Source: a virus
Taxonomy: Duplodnaviria > Caudoviricetes
Length of the DNA: 64,000 bases
Reading direction: 5' to 3' (one strand)
IMG/VR virus record: IMGVR_UViG_2675903036_000001
Coordinates: 1 to 64,000 of that record
Shown piece after piece: positions 10,936 to 20,093 of this stretch. Under the pieces are notes generated by a model that made no database searches, was not told where the DNA came from, and saw nothing but the letters and a program-made list of their open reading frames with translations. The stretch's first letter is position 1, and every line of letters begins with the position of its first letter. Made by a program: the position numbers and the translations under genes.

Positions 10936-11933
10936 CCCAAATCCACTTTTTTACGTTGTCTTGTCTGCTGCTGTGTTGGCTGCTCTAATACTGTTCCGCC
11001 AGACTCGCCTGGCGTTTCGTCTCTTAATCCATCAGAGACTGCTTGCTCGGTGTTTTGACTTGCCTGGGATATCTCGCCTGTTTCCGGATCAACAGATTCG
11101 CGTGTTGATGGAATATCCCCAACATCAGGTGTCGATTTCAGGTCTTGTAGATTGACATTGGCTGAATAAGAGCCGTCCGATTGAGGCGTTACGTCAATAA
11201 TGTCACGCGCCTCTTCGCTGCTCCTGCCCATGCCCATAATTACATCCGGCGCATAAATGGAGGCAAAAAAGGAAGCTGCGCGATACTGAAGCATCTGTAA
11301 ACGCATGTCTCCTTGCCATTTTGAGCCATCCTTGGCATACCAGCCTTCCTCCACCGCCATCTGCATCGTTACTGGGATGGACTGAACAATCTCTTTCGTT
11401 GGCCGCATGTTTTCATCAACTTCATATGCCCAGGCAATGCATTCCAAATTTTCAATTTCAACTTCATGCTCAACATAGTTGAACTTCCTTAGCTGATTAT
11501 TCCAATCCGTTTTCTCTTTATACTTTGCCTTGATGTAGCCGAGGTTTCTACGCTTGAACTTGAGCGGGGTGAACCGTCTGGACGCATTAACTGCGGCAAT
11601 CTGGTATTTTGCCGACCAGCGCAATTGACCTTGGATCACGTCAGCATTCTGCATGACGCTTATTACAGATAGTCCTACAGAATTAGCTACTTCCATTGCA
11701 ACGAGGCAATTGCCGATTGCAGATGGATTCTCGACTAAAGTAATGTTTCCTTGTTTGTCTTTTTTCTCATTGAATTGTCGAAATGGTTCTGGTACCGCAT
11801 TGGAAGTGGCAAATGCTCTTGATATTCTGCATGCCAGCTCAAAACCGCTTTTGGAGAAGAAATCAACCTTTACATCAGGCGTACTCACCAGTTGGTTATT
11901 TTTCAATGCTGTTAGTTGCGTTGTTTGTTGCAT
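10932..11933 (-). CDS. RecT-like single-strand annealing protein
   Basis: GNCLVAMEVA...VMQN..VIQG..WSAK; MAVEEGW...SKW...QMLQYRAASFF; low-complexity C-terminal tail. Confidence 0.65.
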   Translation of the reverse strand: MQQTTQLTALKNNQLVSTPDVKVDFFSKSGFELACRISRAFATSNAVPEPFRQFNEKKDKQGNITLVENPSAIGNCLVAMEVANSVGLSVISVMQNADVIQGQLRWSAKYQIAAVNASRRFTPLKFKRRNLGYIKAKYKEKTDWNNQLRKFNYVEHEVEIENLECIAWAYEVDENMRPTKEIVQSIPVTMQMAVEEGWYAKDGSKWQGDMRLQMLQYRAASFFASIYAPDVIMGMGRSSEEARDIIDVTPQSDGSYSANVNLQDLKSTPDVGDIPSTRESVDPETGEISQASQNTEQAVSDGLRDETPGESGGTVLEQPTQQQTRQRKKVDLG

Positions 11934-12001
11934 GATTTTTTCCTTTTAAAAATTTAAATACTGTGGTGAATGCATTAATCTAGGCTGGCTTTCTGCCGCA
12001 T

Positions 12002-12376
12002 TTAAACCCTCTTATTTATATTCAACCCGCCTTTATATTTCGGGCTGTTTGCCCCCGCTGAGCCGAACATTGATTCCCTAAGTTTTATTCCATTTCTAAT
12101 AAGAATTCCTCTAATGTGTGTTTTGGAGACACCAAACATATTCCCAATAAATCTTGTTGATTTACCTTCTAAATAAAGCTTACAGGCTTTGTCATAATCG
12201 AATTTTCTATACTCTTTTGCGCTCCTATCCCTGGTGACCATGGAATGCTTCTTCATCCTGTAATAAACAGTTGACTTTCCGCATCCAATTTCTTTTGCTA
12301 TCTGTTCCTGTGTCATTCCTTTTTTATAAAGCTCTTCCATTTTTTCGTAGGAATAATTTGTGTTTAAAGCAGGCAT
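12002..12376 (-). CDS. Tandem-HTH protein, probable truncated homing endonuclease
   Basis: Two HTH repeats, then GANSPKYKGG, then a stop with no HNH domain. Confidence 0.5.
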   Translation of the reverse strand: MPALNTNYSYEKMEELYKKGMTQEQIAKEIGCGKSTVYYRMKKHSMVTRDRSAKEYRKFDYDKACKLYLEGKSTRFIGNMFGVSKTHIRGILIRNGIKLRESMFGSAGANSPKYKGGLNINKRV

Positions 12377-12378
12377 AA

Positions 12379-13212
12379 TTAAGCTCCCTCCCTAAATGAG
12401 CAGGTATTCCACCTGGGGCAATATTTCTCGTTACATAACAAAGATCTCGGATTCGGTGGGAAAAGACCTGCTTTGAATAATTTTGCTGCGTACTCTAAAA
12501 GACCCGGGTTATTTTCATCCCCAACAATTATTCTTTTCGCGTTTTTAATGGTTCCGGTAGCAATCCTTGCAGTGCTGCTAGTTGATAAACCAAGAATTTC
12601 AGCATCAGCGTTTATTTCTTGCCCTGTAGTATGAGAGTAGAGCAATTCGTACGTCCCAATTTGAGCTCCATGCCCAATGGTACTGGCCTTGTGAATGCCG
12701 GTTTTTTTATCTTCAATAACCGCTCTTGATCCTGTTTTCAGATCAGTAATACCAGTACTGTCATCACGTTTATAAATACGAGCTCTGTCCAGTGTTCCGG
12801 TCAAGCGGATTACTGTTCCATCGCCGCAGTCGATATCGAGCGGATTGACTGACATTTCCACCGCCACATAATCAAATTTAGGAGCCCACTCATGGCAGTA
12901 TTTACTAATCAGTTTTAAGCCTATTAGCTCTGCCTCTCTGCCTGTTAAGTTGTCTTTGTTAGGATCGAACTCGTTATCCGGGTCGTACAGGGTATCTATT
13001 AATACTCCAGCCGCATCATCAGCTGATATCGTCGATCCATTCAGCTTGGCGCTATCAAAAGCTGCTGTTCCAGCGTGTATAGCGGTGCCAAGGACTGCTC
13101 TTCTGCCGACCACATTTCGCATGCCTAGAAGGTAAATACCCTCCGCTCTGTACGCACAATCGAACCACGATCCGAATGCACTTGCCCTAATCGTGAGTGA
13201 CGGCTCACTCAT
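12379..13212 (-). CDS. Cas4/RecB-like PD-(D/E)XK exonuclease
   Basis: GTAIH, LTGTLD, DLKTG and QIGTY motifs; one N-terminal plus three C-terminal Cys (Fe-S pattern). Confidence 0.8.
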   Translation of the reverse strand: MSEPSLTIRASAFGSWFDCAYRAEGIYLLGMRNVVGRRAVLGTAIHAGTAAFDSAKLNGSTISADDAAGVLIDTLYDPDNEFDPNKDNLTGREAELIGLKLISKYCHEWAPKFDYVAVEMSVNPLDIDCGDGTVIRLTGTLDRARIYKRDDSTGITDLKTGSRAVIEDKKTGIHKASTIGHGAQIGTYELLYSHTTGQEINADAEILGLSTSSTARIATGTIKNAKRIIVGDENNPGLLEYAAKLFKAGLFPPNPRSLLCNEKYCPRWNTCSFREGA

Positions 13213-13326
13213 AACCCACTCCTCCTGATAACCCATCTTGCATACATCAGCCGATACGTAAACTCAATAGCGATAATCAGAGATTTCCAAGTTGGCAGAC
13301 CTGATTTGCGGATAAACACCACACGA

Positions 13327-13560
13327 TTAATAAAATTGCGCATCTTTCACTTCCACAAAATCAGGGCTATCAAGCTCGCTTGCTCCACACTCATTAAGAT
13401 CAATCGTCAGGATCATTGGCTCGTCATCAAAGCTGTGGCGATCTGCCATATTGCCCATCACCGCCAGAGCAAGCATTGCCAGCATCATCACCACTGATAG
13501 TCTGAAAGTACGTAGCTTCTCTTCGTGCTTACGAACCCTTGATTCTTCGTTATTTTCCAT
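13327..13560 (-). CDS. Small membrane protein
   Basis: One hydrophobic segment; purine-rich RBS upstream. Confidence 0.55.
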   Translation of the reverse strand: MENNEESRVRKHEEKLRTFRLSVVMMLAMLALAVMGNMADRHSFDDEPMILTIDLNECGASELDSPDFVEVKDAQFY

Positions 13561-13575
13561 AGCTCTCTCTCCCTT

Positions 13576-13755
13576 TTAAGCCGCTTCCTTGTCACCCACA
13601 TCTGCTACCCTGAACTCCCCGCACCAATCATCCTCATGGATGATGGGGAAAGTGTTTGTGTCGCCGCCTGGCGGAAACCGTCTGCACAGCGTGTGCCCCT
13701 TAACGGAAAATCTCGTTTTGTCAGAGAACATGCAGTTCTTGCATACCTTTTCCAT
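13576..13755 (-). CDS. 59-aa Cys-rich phage protein (not in ORF track)
   Basis: Translated by hand: MEKVCKNCMF...LCRRFPP...FPIIHEDDWCGEF. Confidence 0.65.
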   Translation of the reverse strand: MEKVCKNCMFSDKTRFSVKGHTLCRRFPPGGDTNTFPIIHEDDWCGEFRVADVGDKEAA

Positions 13756-13773
13756 ATCAAATCTCCCCGATCA

Positions 13774-14208
13774 CTATCCAAGCAAGGCGCTGATTACCCA
13801 TTTAAAGAGCAGTGCGCCTGTTGTCTCTTTTTGATCCTTTTCCGGAAATATGTTGTGCAGCTTGCTTATAGGTATGACGCGATGTTCGCCAAACCAATCT
13901 TCCACGTGCATGTCGTTCCCGACTTGCCAATAGCAGTTATGGCGATAATCACCACTCTGGCGGTTGAATTCCTTGCCGCCACATGCATGTGGGATCTCCA
14001 CAACAATGCTCTCTATTCCGCATGGCATGTTCTTATAAAGCTCAAGAAATGATGCTGGGAGACTCGTGCCCAAGCCTATCGGAGTGCTCAGATGAATTCT
14101 TTCCTGTTCTTGTTTTATCTGATGCTCGTCAATCCCTTTGCCAATAAAATACGAGATCGGGAGAATGCTTATCATCAGTGCGGTATATATTTTTAAATTA
14201 AGTGTCAT
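13774..14208 (-). CDS. Membrane-anchored hypothetical protein
   Basis: N-terminal TM segment after an RBS-preceded ATG (MTLNLK). Confidence 0.55.
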   Translation of the reverse strand: MTLNLKIYTALMISILPISYFIGKGIDEHQIKQEQERIHLSTPIGLGTSLPASFLELYKNMPCGIESIVVEIPHACGGKEFNRQSGDYRHNCYWQVGNDMHVEDWFGEHRVIPISKLHNIFPEKDQKETTGALLFKWVISALLG

Positions 14209-14230
14209 CTCTTCTTTTCCTTTGGTAAAT

Positions 14231-14395
14231 CTAGGCAGCCCTCGCGTCAACTTTCACTATTCCGTATTTCTCAAGAGCATCCATGACTGCCTCTGAAGTA
14301 GACTTGAACAATCCGTTATAGGTAAATGATCGTCCATCTTTCATGGTTACCTGTACCTTGCACTTAACTGGCTGCTTGTAATGTTTCATCCTCAT
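14231..14395 (-). CDS. 54-aa phage protein (not in ORF track)
   Basis: Translated by hand: MRMKHYKQPVKCKVQVTMKDGRSFTYNGLFKSTSEAVMDALE... Confidence 0.55.
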   Translation of the reverse strand: MRMKHYKQPVKCKVQVTMKDGRSFTYNGLFKSTSEAVMDALEKYGIVKVDARAA

Positions 14396-14400
14396 TGTTT

Positions 14401-14667
14401 TCATGATGAGTGGGTTCCTGTTTTTTTGGGCACGACTCTTCCTCGGATGTAAGCCCAGTCGATGTTTGGGTGAAGTTCCTCACACACCACCTTGCCATCA
14501 GTCAGTCTCTCTATATTTGGGCAATGAGCAGCTGGGATGGGTCTGTGTCCAGTTGTCCATTGATTAATGGTCGCAATTGTCACCTTAAGCAAGAGAGCCA
14601 TTTGTGCTTGACCGCCCACAATTTGGCACGCCTTTTTTATAGCTGTGATTTGTATATTTGTTCTCAT
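14401..14667 (-). CDS. Second Cro/YdaS-family HTH protein
   Basis: ACQIVGGQAQMA...TINQW...IPA..CP.IE.LT.G.V.CEEL.P.IDWAY; clearly paralogous to 20956..21420. Confidence 0.85.
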   Translation of the reverse strand: MRTNIQITAIKKACQIVGGQAQMALLLKVTIATINQWTTGHRPIPAAHCPNIERLTDGKVVCEELHPNIDWAYIRGRVVPKKTGTHSS

Positions 14668-14675
14668 CTTTCTCT

Positions 14676-14942
14676 CTAAATCTCCGGTCTTAAATAATCA
14701 AATTCGTCCATCGGCGGATCGAGACTTGCTTCGTACTGCTCAACCCATCCCTCAAATTCGTCCTCGGTCTCTTCTCTCATTTGCTGGAAAGTCACGGGGA
14801 AATATTCTTCCAATTGCGTAGCTACCAGATAAGCAGAGTCACAGTTGAATTCCCTTTCGATCAGGGCGTAAGTTTCTGGATACGCAAACTTGAACCGTTC
14901 TCCGATCAGCTCCAGCTCTCGTTTTTGTTTCTCGTCCCTCAT
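14676..14942 (-). CDS. Acidic hypothetical protein, first gene after PL
   Basis: 88-aa, very E/D-rich ORF immediately downstream of PL. Confidence 0.65.
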   Translation of the reverse strand: MRDEKQKRELELIGERFKFAYPETYALIEREFNCDSAYLVATQLEEYFPVTFQQMREETEDEFEGWVEQYEASLDPPMDEFDYLRPEI

Positions 14943-14973
14943 GGCCGTCTCGCTGGTGTGTTGTCGATGATTA

Positions 14974-15016
14974 AATTTAGCGTAACGCTAAACACATGTC
15001 AATAGCGAAATGCTAA
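14974..15016 (-). promoter_or_regulatory. PL promoter with two repressor operators
   Basis: Minus-strand TTGACA-17-TAAATT; operators TTAGCGTAACGCTAA (14977-14991) and ATAGCGAAATGCTAA (15002-15016). Confidence 0.8.
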
Positions 15017-15143
15017 TATATTTTGCTAAAATACCCCTGATGTTTTTATGGAGTTTCTCTGGGAGGGGAATTAAATGAGACTAGAGAGGGTGAAGGGAGG
15101 GGGAGGGGGGGTGAGAAGTGAGGATTGCTAGCTATACAAAAAC

Positions 15144-15488
15144 TTGTATAATAATACTATGATTAAACAAATTGAATTCATTTCTGATTCTCTCAGTGAA
15201 TTACGTATGTTTCCTATAAGTGCAAGGCGTGAAGCAGGTTTTCAGCTAGATAGAGTGCAAAAAGGATTTGATCCGGATGACTGGAAGCCAATGAAAACGA
15301 TTGGTTCAGGAGTTAATGAGATTCGTGTGAGAGATGCAGATGGAGTTTATAGGGTAATTTACATTGCTAAATTTGATGAGACTGTATTTGTGCTCCATTG
15401 CTTCAAAAAGAAAACTGAAAAGACTGCCAAAACGAATATTGATCTAGCAAAATCGAGGTATAAGGAATTAATGAGGAGATTTAAATGA
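15144..15488 (+). CDS. RelE/HigB-like (Gp49-type) toxin
   Basis: ARREAGFQLDRVQ.G..P.DWKPM..IG.GV.EIR...YRVIY...VLHCF.KKT.KT. Confidence 0.85.
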   Translation: MYNNTMIKQIEFISDSLSELRMFPISARREAGFQLDRVQKGFDPDDWKPMKTIGSGVNEIRVRDADGVYRVIYIAKFDETVFVLHCFKKKTEKTAKTNIDLAKSRYKELMRRFK

Positions 15489-15763
15489 ACGATAAATTTA
15501 ATAGCGTGTGGGATGCTATTGAGGATACGCCGCATCAAGCAGCAAGCATGAAGATACGCTCTAAATTGCTAATAGCGCTGCAGGAGCGCTTGAGAAACAG
15601 TGGCTTGACACAAGTCAAAGCGGCAAAGCTGCTTGGTGTTACTCAACCGCGTGTTTCTGATTTGATGCGTGGAAGGATTGACTTGTTTTCGCTGGAATCA
15701 CTGGTGGATATGATCACTAGCATTGGTTTGGAAGTGGAAATAAGCATTAAAGATGCTGCTTAG
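15485..15763 (+). CDS. HigA-like XRE antitoxin
   Basis: LTQVKAAKLLGVTQPRVSDLMRG.IDLFSLE; coupled to the toxin. Confidence 0.85.
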   Translation: MNDKFNSVWDAIEDTPHQAASMKIRSKLLIALQERLRNSGLTQVKAAKLLGVTQPRVSDLMRGRIDLFSLESLVDMITSIGLEVEISIKDAA

Positions 15764-15842
15764 AATGTGCTAAAGAAAACGAATAGCCTGCCGATAACAA
15801 TCTTTCACGGCTTTATCGTGAACACTAAGTAAGAAAAGTGAG

Positions 15843-15879
15843 AAACCCCATCAGATTTACACGAGTCTGGTGGGGTTTT
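15843..15879 (+). terminator. Intrinsic terminator
   Basis: AAACCCCATCAGA...TCTGGTGGGGTTTT. Confidence 0.7.
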
Positions 15880-15953
15880 AATTGTATGGACCTTAATCTA
15901 TCCAAGCATTTCTTTAAAGAGAAATTGACTTTAATATTTAGGAGATATGAATT

Positions 15954-16253
15954 ATGACCAATTTTGCGTCTGTTGCTTCCGAGTCTGCACCTTTACAAGG
16001 GCAAGATCATCGTTCTAGCTACAATTTTCAATTACTACCTAATAATGATCCCCAATCTGGATTTACTATAAGCAGCGCACAGGGCGTCGTTTTTGATATT
16101 AAGCAAGATGTTACTGGTTCAGATCCAACTCCGGTGAAATCAGTGACTAACGGTTCTACTATCCAGGCGGGTGTGTTAAAAAACGGAAATAACTATTACA
16201 TTGCCAATCCACAACATGCTAATGGTAATTTCGTTGTCACATTAAATCAGTAA
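15954..16253 (+). CDS. Moron, beta-rich hypothetical protein
   Basis: AGGAGA RBS; stand-alone gene between two terminators. Confidence 0.7.
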   Translation: MTNFASVASESAPLQGQDHRSSYNFQLLPNNDPQSGFTISSAQGVVFDIKQDVTGSDPTPVKSVTNGSTIQAGVLKNGNNYYIANPQHANGNFVVTLNQ

Positions 16254-16296
16254 ATTGTCGAAGAGATTTTCGTGATTTTCCCTCGTTGAAAAAGGG

Positions 16297-16334
16297 AAAC
16301 CCCGCTAGATAATGCTGCGATCTGGTGGGGTTTT
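16297..16334 (+). terminator. Intrinsic terminator
   Basis: AAACCCCGCTAGAT...ATCTGGTGGGTTTT. Confidence 0.65.
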
Positions 16335-17038
16335 GCTGAACCTCCCATGCAAAATCGTCTTGAAAAGATTTTACCAACATGGAATAGCCTCGTTCCGTAA
16401 TGACGGTAATTCCTCTCGGAGGTATATTAATTCCAGAACAACGGAATTCGTTGTTTTGAGAAAATCAATTAGATAGTAATGCCTTCCTTCTTCAAATCTG
16501 TTGTGAATCGTCAAGTTAATAGGTCTTGAGCCTAGTAAGCGAACGAGTAAGTAAAGAAGTAATGGAAACAAAACGGAAAAGCTCTACGCCGCATTCCAAA
16601 TATGAACCCTCAAGTAAGAATCTAAAACTAAACTATGTTTTACGCATATTATAAAATCGGTTAATGAATTTAATTCAAATTTCGCGACTAGATTTTTGTT
16701 TTCTCTCTTGGGTATAGTGGAATGTGCTAGCAGAAATCGGTAGGTTGCGATGGATGATGATGGATGAGATATATTAGATGTTTAGTCCCATGCATTTATT
16801 CTAATTTGCGTGGCAAGTTTGATGCTCTTTAGGGGAGGGAGGCAGTCAACACAATCCTTTCCAGGGGTAGGTAGTTCAGCAAATGCGTTATAAAGATTGA
16901 GAGCAGACCAGATTAGAAAAGCTTATGAGTAGTGATTCAGTAATCAAAGGAATAAATAATTGTTCTAGTCCTTCATGGCTCACCACAACGGATAAAACTG
17001 GTAACTGGATTATTAAGATTTCAGTTTGATATCTATGC

Positions 17039-17110
17039 AATTAAAGCCCGCAGCACGGGCAAAATTGAAGCGCAGCGAAAATTTTGTCTCTGTGCCTGTG
17101 ATTGTTAAGC
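17039..17110 (-). other. attC site (terminal, R' degenerate)
   Basis: Minus strand: R'' GCTTAAC, 5 nt, L'' CAG(G)CACA, hairpin, L' CGTGCTG, CGGGC, then TTTAATT instead of GTTRRRY. Confidence 0.7.
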
Positions 17111-17112
17111 TT

Positions 17113-18063
17113 CTATGGGTAAATCACTTTTAGCTTCTCCAAGTTACCATGCTCGAATTTTTTGTGTAGAGCCGGCCTATCTATAGCGAAGCTTCCAGAT
17201 TTCGCTACTTCATCAATGGCCGAGTTGAGAAACTTAAATAGCTCAGAGCCCGTTGAATTACCCTGAACCAGGGCTTGTTCGTAAATATTCTGTGCTCTTG
17301 CCTCGAATTGATTCCTCATTCCGAGTACGGCGACTTGGTCTTCTGAAACTTCTTCACCTTCGGTAAACATCTCGATAATCCCATCTTCGTTCTGACGTTC
17401 TTTCATACGATATACGAAAATATGATGAGACCTCCTCCGAGGACAGTAGATGCCAGCTGCAAAATCTGTGCTCATTAGATCCAAATCTTCACGACTTAAT
17501 CGATATTTCTTTGCAGACTTTAGCGCCACGTTGATTGAGTGCTCGATAATACTTGCTATGAATTCAAATGATAAAAGACCTTCAAAATGTCTTGGGAGAA
17601 ACATATCCTCACCCCACAAAACCACTCTCGGAGAATCCCTGAGCTCGTTGTGTTCACAGTGACGCTGAACAATGTACTCACCAGGAGAGGAACTTTCACT
17701 GCATGATTTATAAGAGATTTGAAGTTTCGCCAGATGTTCGATGATCGTGTTTAATGCGTGGGTGGCGGTAAGAGTACTTCCTGAAAAGGCTATAAAGCAG
17801 CCAGTTTCTATATACACTTCAAAGTAATCACGAAAATATTCACCTACGAAGTATGGTTTCCATAGTTTTATTGGGACGTGGTGGACCTTCCTCAACCCAC
17901 TAAGAATTGGCTTTTCTCCCTGAGTACCATTTGCAGTTATTACGCTATCTGATACTGCGAATAGTCCTTCGCTACGAAGAGAAATTTTCGACTCTTCTTT
18001 GTGCGCCCAAACCTGTGAAAAACCATCTTTTACCTTTTCGTGCCCAACAATAACTAGAGTCAT
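17113..18063 (-). CDS. Cassette gene, possible Ntn-hydrolase/proteasome-beta-like protein
   Basis: GAGGA RBS then MTLVIVG...AVSDSVIT...IAFSGS; bounded by attC sites. Confidence 0.55.
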   Translation of the reverse strand: MTLVIVGHEKVKDGFSQVWAHKEESKISLRSEGLFAVSDSVITANGTQGEKPILSGLRKVHHVPIKLWKPYFVGEYFRDYFEVYIETGCFIAFSGSTLTATHALNTIIEHLAKLQISYKSCSESSSPGEYIVQRHCEHNELRDSPRVVLWGEDMFLPRHFEGLLSFEFIASIIEHSINVALKSAKKYRLSREDLDLMSTDFAAGIYCPRRRSHHIFVYRMKERQNEDGIIEMFTEGEEVSEDQVAVLGMRNQFEARAQNIYEQALVQGNSTGSELFKFLNSAIDEVAKSGSFAIDRPALHKKFEHGNLEKLKVIYP

Positions 18064-18077
18064 CAGATCCTCATTAA

Positions 18078-18148
18078 GTCTAACGTTCAAGGTCAGGGGC
18101 GCGGCGCGGCTTTATCGCGCAGCGTCCCCCTGCACCCCAGGGTTGGCC
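18078..18148 (-). other. attC site (intact, 71 bp)
   Basis: Minus strand: GGCCAAC-CCTGG-GGT(G)CAGG...CCTGACC-TTGAAC-GTTAGAC; canonical boxes, spacers and extrahelical base. Confidence 0.9.
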
Positions 18149-18155
18149 GTCATTG

Positions 18156-19319
18156 CTATACCCCCGCGCCATCACTGTGCGAAACCGGAATTCTCTTGAA
18201 GTATTTTTTCAAGGCCCAGCCCGTCTGATGGCTCTGTAACAGCCAATGAAAATACTCAAATTGAATCCACTTTCCTCGCTCGGATATTGGCTTCACAACT
18301 TCGCGCGGGAATAGCTTCCCCTCTACGGGGGCTCCATGTTCTGGCCTACGCCTGACTGTAGCGATGCGATCCAAAACCACGAAGCGCTGTTCATCTCGCT
18401 TGGCTTCCTGGACGAGTGCCTTTTCCACGAGGCGTGACAATGACTCAAGTTGCTTGGCTTGGGTCTGAAGGAGCAACCTTTGGGCCTCCAGCCTCTCGTC
18501 AGTTTGCTTTTGCCACTCGCGAGACGACAGCTCTTGATAAATGGGTATCAAGAATGTGAGGATAAAACTCAGCAAGGTCATCAGCTCTAGCTTCCTTCGA
18601 CTGAGGCCAATCCCCGCCTCTACTGGCGCTAACGCCTTCTCGCTCAAGGTGCCATCTGGGGCAATACCGAGGGCGGCAAGTTGAGCCTCCATGCCCTCTG
18701 GCCCAAGAAGCCTCGCGAGAGTACTCGCAGAGGTGAAGTCAACGACGGGCAGAGTCAACCGACCCAGCTGCTCTTGCATTGCTTTCAGCGCACCGATGGA
18801 GTCAACCAATTCGGCAGGCACAGACCAACTTCGTTCAGCCTCTTTATATGCGTTCATTGTCTGGGCAAGGGACCCGGCAATGGAAGTCGCTGAAAGCATC
18901 TCTTGCGCGTGAGAGAACGAAGACTGCATACTTTCCTGCATAGCTTCCGCGACGTGATTGAAGTGGCTAGCCTCTCTAGCGGCCCTCTCCACTTCGGCAC
19001 TCAGGAACGATGATTGTTCGATCTCTTCCATCAGTTTCCGATAACTAGAGTCAAACATCAGACTCTTGCGAATGTCGGCAATGGGATCAAGCATCGTTCT
19101 AATGTGGTCGAGTTGTAGCCTGTTCGCATGCTGGAACTCTTCAGCCATCTTTGCCGCTACTGATGCGGGCTCAGCGAGTAATCGAAGTTGTTCTGAAAGT
19201 GTATTGATTGGTTGGAGGTTCTCAATCCAGCTGCGTCGTGCTTCTTCCATCCTCTTCATTTCTCGATAAACGCTGCTATCCGGAAATGCATTAATAGCGG
19301 ATAGGCCAAGAATCTTCAT
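18156..19319 (-). CDS. Cassette gene: helical protein with one TM and a C-terminal SH3-like domain
   Basis: TM LMTLLSFILTFLIPIY; VRRRP...GKW...TGW. Cassette begins at GTTGGGC (19377). Confidence 0.65.
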   Translation of the reverse strand: MKILGLSAINAFPDSSVYREMKRMEEARRSWIENLQPINTLSEQLRLLAEPASVAAKMAEEFQHANRLQLDHIRTMLDPIADIRKSLMFDSSYRKLMEEIEQSSFLSAEVERAAREASHFNHVAEAMQESMQSSFSHAQEMLSATSIAGSLAQTMNAYKEAERSWSVPAELVDSIGALKAMQEQLGRLTLPVVDFTSASTLARLLGPEGMEAQLAALGIAPDGTLSEKALAPVEAGIGLSRRKLELMTLLSFILTFLIPIYQELSSREWQKQTDERLEAQRLLLQTQAKQLESLSRLVEKALVQEAKRDEQRFVVLDRIATVRRRPEHGAPVEGKLFPREVVKPISERGKWIQFEYFHWLLQSHQTGWALKKYFKRIPVSHSDGAGV

Positions 19320-19607
19320 GAATTACCTTCTATCGCATTGGCATAGGACACTGTGCGATCTGCCTGTGACGCCCAACAACGTATTGTATACGACAAAAAA
19401 TGTCTCATAACTTAGTTAAGGATAGAAAAACACCGAATATAAAATATATGTTCTAGCAAAATAATGGTTATAAATTGCTTTGTGCATATCAACTAATATC
19501 AATATATAAGATACTCATTTCCAGAATCGATTTAAGATAAGGCAGTAGCTTGATCTGAATTATTTAAATGTTATCAGCGAGAAATATCTTCCTTTATGGC
19601 GGACTGT

Positions 19608-20093
19608 TTACTTTCTCCTGGATTTACGCCACTCCCAGGGTGGGATTTTCTCAGATTCAGGCAGACTCCATAGACCAACGCGATTTTTCCTTGCTTGATT
19701 TTCTAATGCATAAAGGCTCTTATCCTTAGCATATTGCCGATATACCCATGCGGAACCGCGTCTGACTAACTCCGCGTTTACATCAACATTACCCACATAG
19801 ACACGACCGACAACGCGCTTGTATCGATCCGTGCTCTGAGATTTGACGATAGCGGTTTTGTTATAAGCGAGTGCTGATAGCTCTTGCTTTGCCTTGCTAC
19901 CATATGGCTGTTTTGACTCCGGCGTGTCTATTTCAGCCAGTCGCACTTTGATTTGACGTTTATTCGAATCAAGAATCGTTAGGGTATCCCCATCAGATAT
20001 GGCTACGACACGGCCTCTGTATTCTTGAGCAGCGTAGAGCGGAAGCGATAATACAAGCAGAATCAGATTAAAAAGGATTATTTTTGGTTGCAT
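19608..20093 (-). CDS. Thermonuclease (SNase) family, exported
   Basis: Signal peptide; ISDGDT, VRLAEIDTPE, DRYKR and PPWEWR. Confidence 0.92.
   Translation of the reverse strand: MQPKIILFNLILLVLSLPLYAAQEYRGRVVAISDGDTLTILDSNKRQIKVRLAEIDTPESKQPYGSKAKQELSALAYNKTAIVKSQSTDRYKRVVGRVYVGNVDVNAELVRRGSAWVYRQYAKDKSLYALENQARKNRVGLWSLPESEKIPPWEWRKSRRK

Noticed and set aside
12379-13212. Cas4-like gene as a sign of CRISPR-Cas
   Set aside because: No repeat-spacer array or other cas genes seen; the context is a phage recombination operon.
15061-15120. G-rich run as a G-quadruplex or repeat element
   Set aside because: Short, single and without supporting context.
15816-16276. TCGTGA at ~15817 and ~16270 as late promoters
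   Set aside because: They lack the xAxxxT hexamer at the 3-nt spacing and precede no late gene.
16371-16990. Possible gene downstream of cassette locus A
   Set aside because: Stops in all frames; at most a decayed remnant with no recognisable motif.
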